Of a DNA stretch of 64,000 bases, positions 61,475 through 64,000 are shown piece by piece. The DNA lies in contig CAJFCJ010000007.1 in the NCBI GenBank assembly GCA_904063045.1, positions 616,819 to 680,818 on the forward strand. Reading direction: 5' to 3'. Positions within the stretch are counted from its first letter, which is position 1; each line of letters begins with the position of its first letter. Source of the stretch: Dimorphilus gyrociliatus (lineage: Eukaryota; Animalia; Annelida). Below the pieces are notes generated by a model. The model searched no databases, was not told the DNA's origin, and was given only the letters and a program-made list of their open reading frames with translations. The position numbers and the translations under genes are program-made.

Positions 61475-62405
61475 TTTAATAACATCAGCTGTCAGATTGT
61501 TCCATTTAAGCGCCAGACACATGGATAACGTAAACAATGAACTTCCTCCCAAACCTAAATCTCCTTCGTTCGATGACTGCTGTGGCAATGGGTGCACCCA
61601 TTGTGTTTTTGACATCTATGAAGAAGAAGTCAAACTTTGGGAAAAGGAATGTTTGAGAATACAAACTGGAAAACGAAATAAATTAGGAAATTCGAAAGGC
61701 TTAAGTCTTGAAACTTATACGTATTTAAAATTGTCGTGCATAGAGGAATTAACTCAGGATACTAAAAATTATACTTTTCAATGCGATCAGCTCAAACTTG
61801 AACCTGGTAAACACCTTCTACTCAGGTGGAAAGATGAAGGTTTAACTCGCCAATATACACCTATATCTTCTGATGAGAACTCCTTTAAAGTGCTTATTAA
61901 AACCTATCCGAAAGGGAGAATGTCAAGCTATATTAAAAAATGGGAAATAAATGATGAAATAGAATGGAGAGGTCCCTTTGGTAGTTTTCAATATACTCCT
62001 AATTTGTATCCTCGTATATGTATGATAGCTGCAGGAACGGGGATCACTCCAATGATGCCAATTCTTTATTCTATACTAGATAATGAAAAGGATGAAACCC
62101 TCATTAAACTAATATTTTGTTGTAGAACCTATAAAGAAATCTTATTAAAAGAGCAACTGGATCAATTTTCATCTTTCTGGAATTTCAAAGTACATTACTG
62201 TCTCAGTTGTGACAACAATGCTATAGCTAAATATAACGAGAGCCTTATCAAAAGCAGATTAAATGCTAATTTAATTGCCGATAAATTAGGATCTTCTATT
62301 CATCAAACACACTTTTTAATATGCGGAAGCGAAACGTTTCAAGAGGATATCAAAGCTTGTCTCAAAAGTTTAAATGTGAAAGATCATTCTATGTTTATTT
62401 TCTAA
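61446..62405 (+). CDS. CYB5RL: NADH-cytochrome b5 reductase-like protein (oxidoreductase-like domain + FAD- and NAD-binding domains); intronless
   Basis: PPKPKSP..DDCCGNGCTHCVFDIY; RQYTPIS; IKTYPKGRMS; RGPFG; AAGTGITPM; CGS; terminal Phe. Confidence 0.93.
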   Translation: MLLRKLKSNSLITSAVRLFHLSARHMDNVNNELPPKPKSPSFDDCCGNGCTHCVFDIYEEEVKLWEKECLRIQTGKRNKLGNSKGLSLETYTYLKLSCIEELTQDTKNYTFQCDQLKLEPGKHLLLRWKDEGLTRQYTPISSDENSFKVLIKTYPKGRMSSYIKKWEINDEIEWRGPFGSFQYTPNLYPRICMIAAGTGITPMMPILYSILDNEKDETLIKLIFCCRTYKEILLKEQLDQFSSFWNFKVHYCLSCDNNAIAKYNESLIKSRLNANLIADKLGSSIHQTHFLICGSETFQEDIKACLKSLNVKDHSMFIF

Positions 62406-62684
62406 ATATTTTTTGCTTAAAGTTTCTTCGCGAGACGAAGGAAGAGAAATCTGATAAAATATATAAAATTTTGGTTTTATTTAAGAAGAGAAAATTATCA
62501 TTTTTTTCACAATTTAAAAGGAAATTAATAAATTATCTTTGATTTTTTTGACTGTTGATTAAATATTCTTTGTAAATGATTTGTAAAATTTCTGCTAGAC
62601 ATTTAATTAATAAATTAATGACTTTGACTGTAACAATAACTAGTAATACACAGAGACATGCGAACAACAGTTGTAAAATTGAAT

Positions 62685-63692
62685 TTAGCGTCTTTTGGAT
62701 GGTTTAGTTCTTGATTGTGAAGGTTTTTTAGGTCCTCCGCTGAGAAGGTTTGTAAGAAATTCCGAAAATTCAGGGATATTATTCTTTGGTGTGAGAAAAT
62801 TCATTTGAGACTGCATTTCCTACAAAACAAAAAGATTTTTTATGATACAGAAAAAGAATTCGCTAATTAATTTTTTCTTCATTACCCTTTGAGTTTCTGG
62901 GTCTTGGGCATTGATAAGTTTTGGTAGTACCATTACCATGATAAGTGGTAGAACCATCATGAGAACCTAATGTTTGAAATTTGCTCAATTAGACATCTAA
63001 AAACTTGTTACGCTCTTAATAATATACTTACCATAGGACTAAATATCATATCAGTAATGCTCCATTTTTCACGTTCTTGAAAATAGTTTATTCTGCTCCT
63101 TGCCTTTAATTTCAATGGGTAGTTAATCTGAAGTTCATCACATTCTCATAATAGATTTCAAATACTATATGTAAGCTTAAACTCTAACTTACGGTTGAAA
63201 CTGCATTTAATTGAATATTGTTCATTTTTCTAGCTCTGAATTTTCCTTTTGAAGTTATATCTATTCGAGCAGGTTCAAAAACATAAGATGGATTAATGAC
63301 TTCAATACTGTATGATCCTGACGGAAGGTTGCTTACTGAGAAGGCTCCATCGCTTCTACAATTTATTAATTATTAATTATTTCGCAAACATTTATAAATA
63401 TCTTTTTTTAGTTGTTTTAATTCGTGTTGTTAAGTCAAAATAATATTTTAATTAGGTAAAAATTTTTTGACAAACAACGACAAACAGCTAGTTACTTTAA
63501 AAACCCCAAATATCGTCCTCCATCAATTATGATTTTTGTTGATGATATCCATTCTAAATCGTTTACAAAAGGTACAAAAATTTTGCCTTCAATCTTAAAT
63601 CTTTCACTCCCAGATCCTAATTCGCCATCGCATATTACATAAGAAAATACATAAATAAAGACTAAAATGTAAGAGATTCGATTTTCATTCAT
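62685..63692 (-). CDS. EMC7: ER membrane protein complex subunit 7; multi-exon
   Basis: Signal peptide; FKIEGKI; GGRYLGFLK|.DGAFSVSNLPSGSYSIEV.NP.YVFEPARIDITSKGKFRARK; YFQEREKWSITDM.FSPM; MMVLPL; ...KPSKRR*. Confidence 0.92.
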
Positions 63693-64000
63693 AACGGAAG
63701 TTTGCTTCTGCGGTCTACGCAATTTTTTTTAGAAATTACATAAAATCGAATATTGTTCTTAGTGGATTCATGATATCCTTAATGTTATCTTTATTCCGTT
63801 GTATTCGACGTTAAGTCTAACTGTTAGTTGCTCTAAAATTCTATCGGTTATTTAAAAACCTATTAATCATAAGATAAGGTATGTGCTTGTATACTTCACC
63901 AGGCGCTTCTTTGTGAATACTTCGTTCATTTCCTTCGTTTAATCATGGCAATCGATGTTAAGGGCGTTCATTTAGGGACGTTACTTGCTGACGTGGCCAT

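Noticed and set aside
63947-64000. Possible start of a plus-strand gene (MAIDVKGVHLGTLLADVA) divergent from EMC7
   Set aside because: Only 18 codons before the window edge; cannot be evaluated.
1-64000. CRISPR arrays, rRNA, prokaryotic operons or defence systems
   Set aside because: The sequence is intron-containing eukaryotic DNA; no regularly spaced repeat-spacer units or rRNA-like segments were seen.

Overview
AT-rich (~30-35% GC), gene-dense eukaryotic DNA with short GT-AG introns (mostly 55-130 bp). It looks like a compact invertebrate (bilaterian) genome, possibly a miniaturised annelid such as Dimorphilus; that species call is inference only. Genes in order: S28-family serine carboxypeptidase (PRSS16-like, -) head-to-head with ORAI (+); an unrecognised 113-aa two-exon gene absent from the ORF track (-); a large acidic disordered protein (-); UNC93A (-); a short PLDLS-motif protein (+); ATP6AP2 (-) head-to-head with a BCOR/BCORL1-like gene (+); four tandem SLC16/MCT transporters (-); a ~10 kb gene-poor stretch with a structured 130-bp direct repeat and cryptic exons; CLEC16A (-); two calmodulin-like genes (-); POLA1 (-); a 135-aa orphan (-); CYB5RL (+); EMC7 (-). 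No rRNA, tRNA or CRISPR array was recognised. Best leads: (1) a calmodulin intron at a non-canonical position whose ends are inverted repeats, apparently adding 7 aa to EF-hand 4; (2) the 113-aa orphan; (3) BCOR-ATP6AP2 microsynteny shared with human, plus unusual BCOR architecture; (4) the MCT cluster with stepwise intron loss and no proton-coupling residues; (5) an ORF overlapping the CYB5RL start. All splice models were read by eye and need RNA-seq confirmation.
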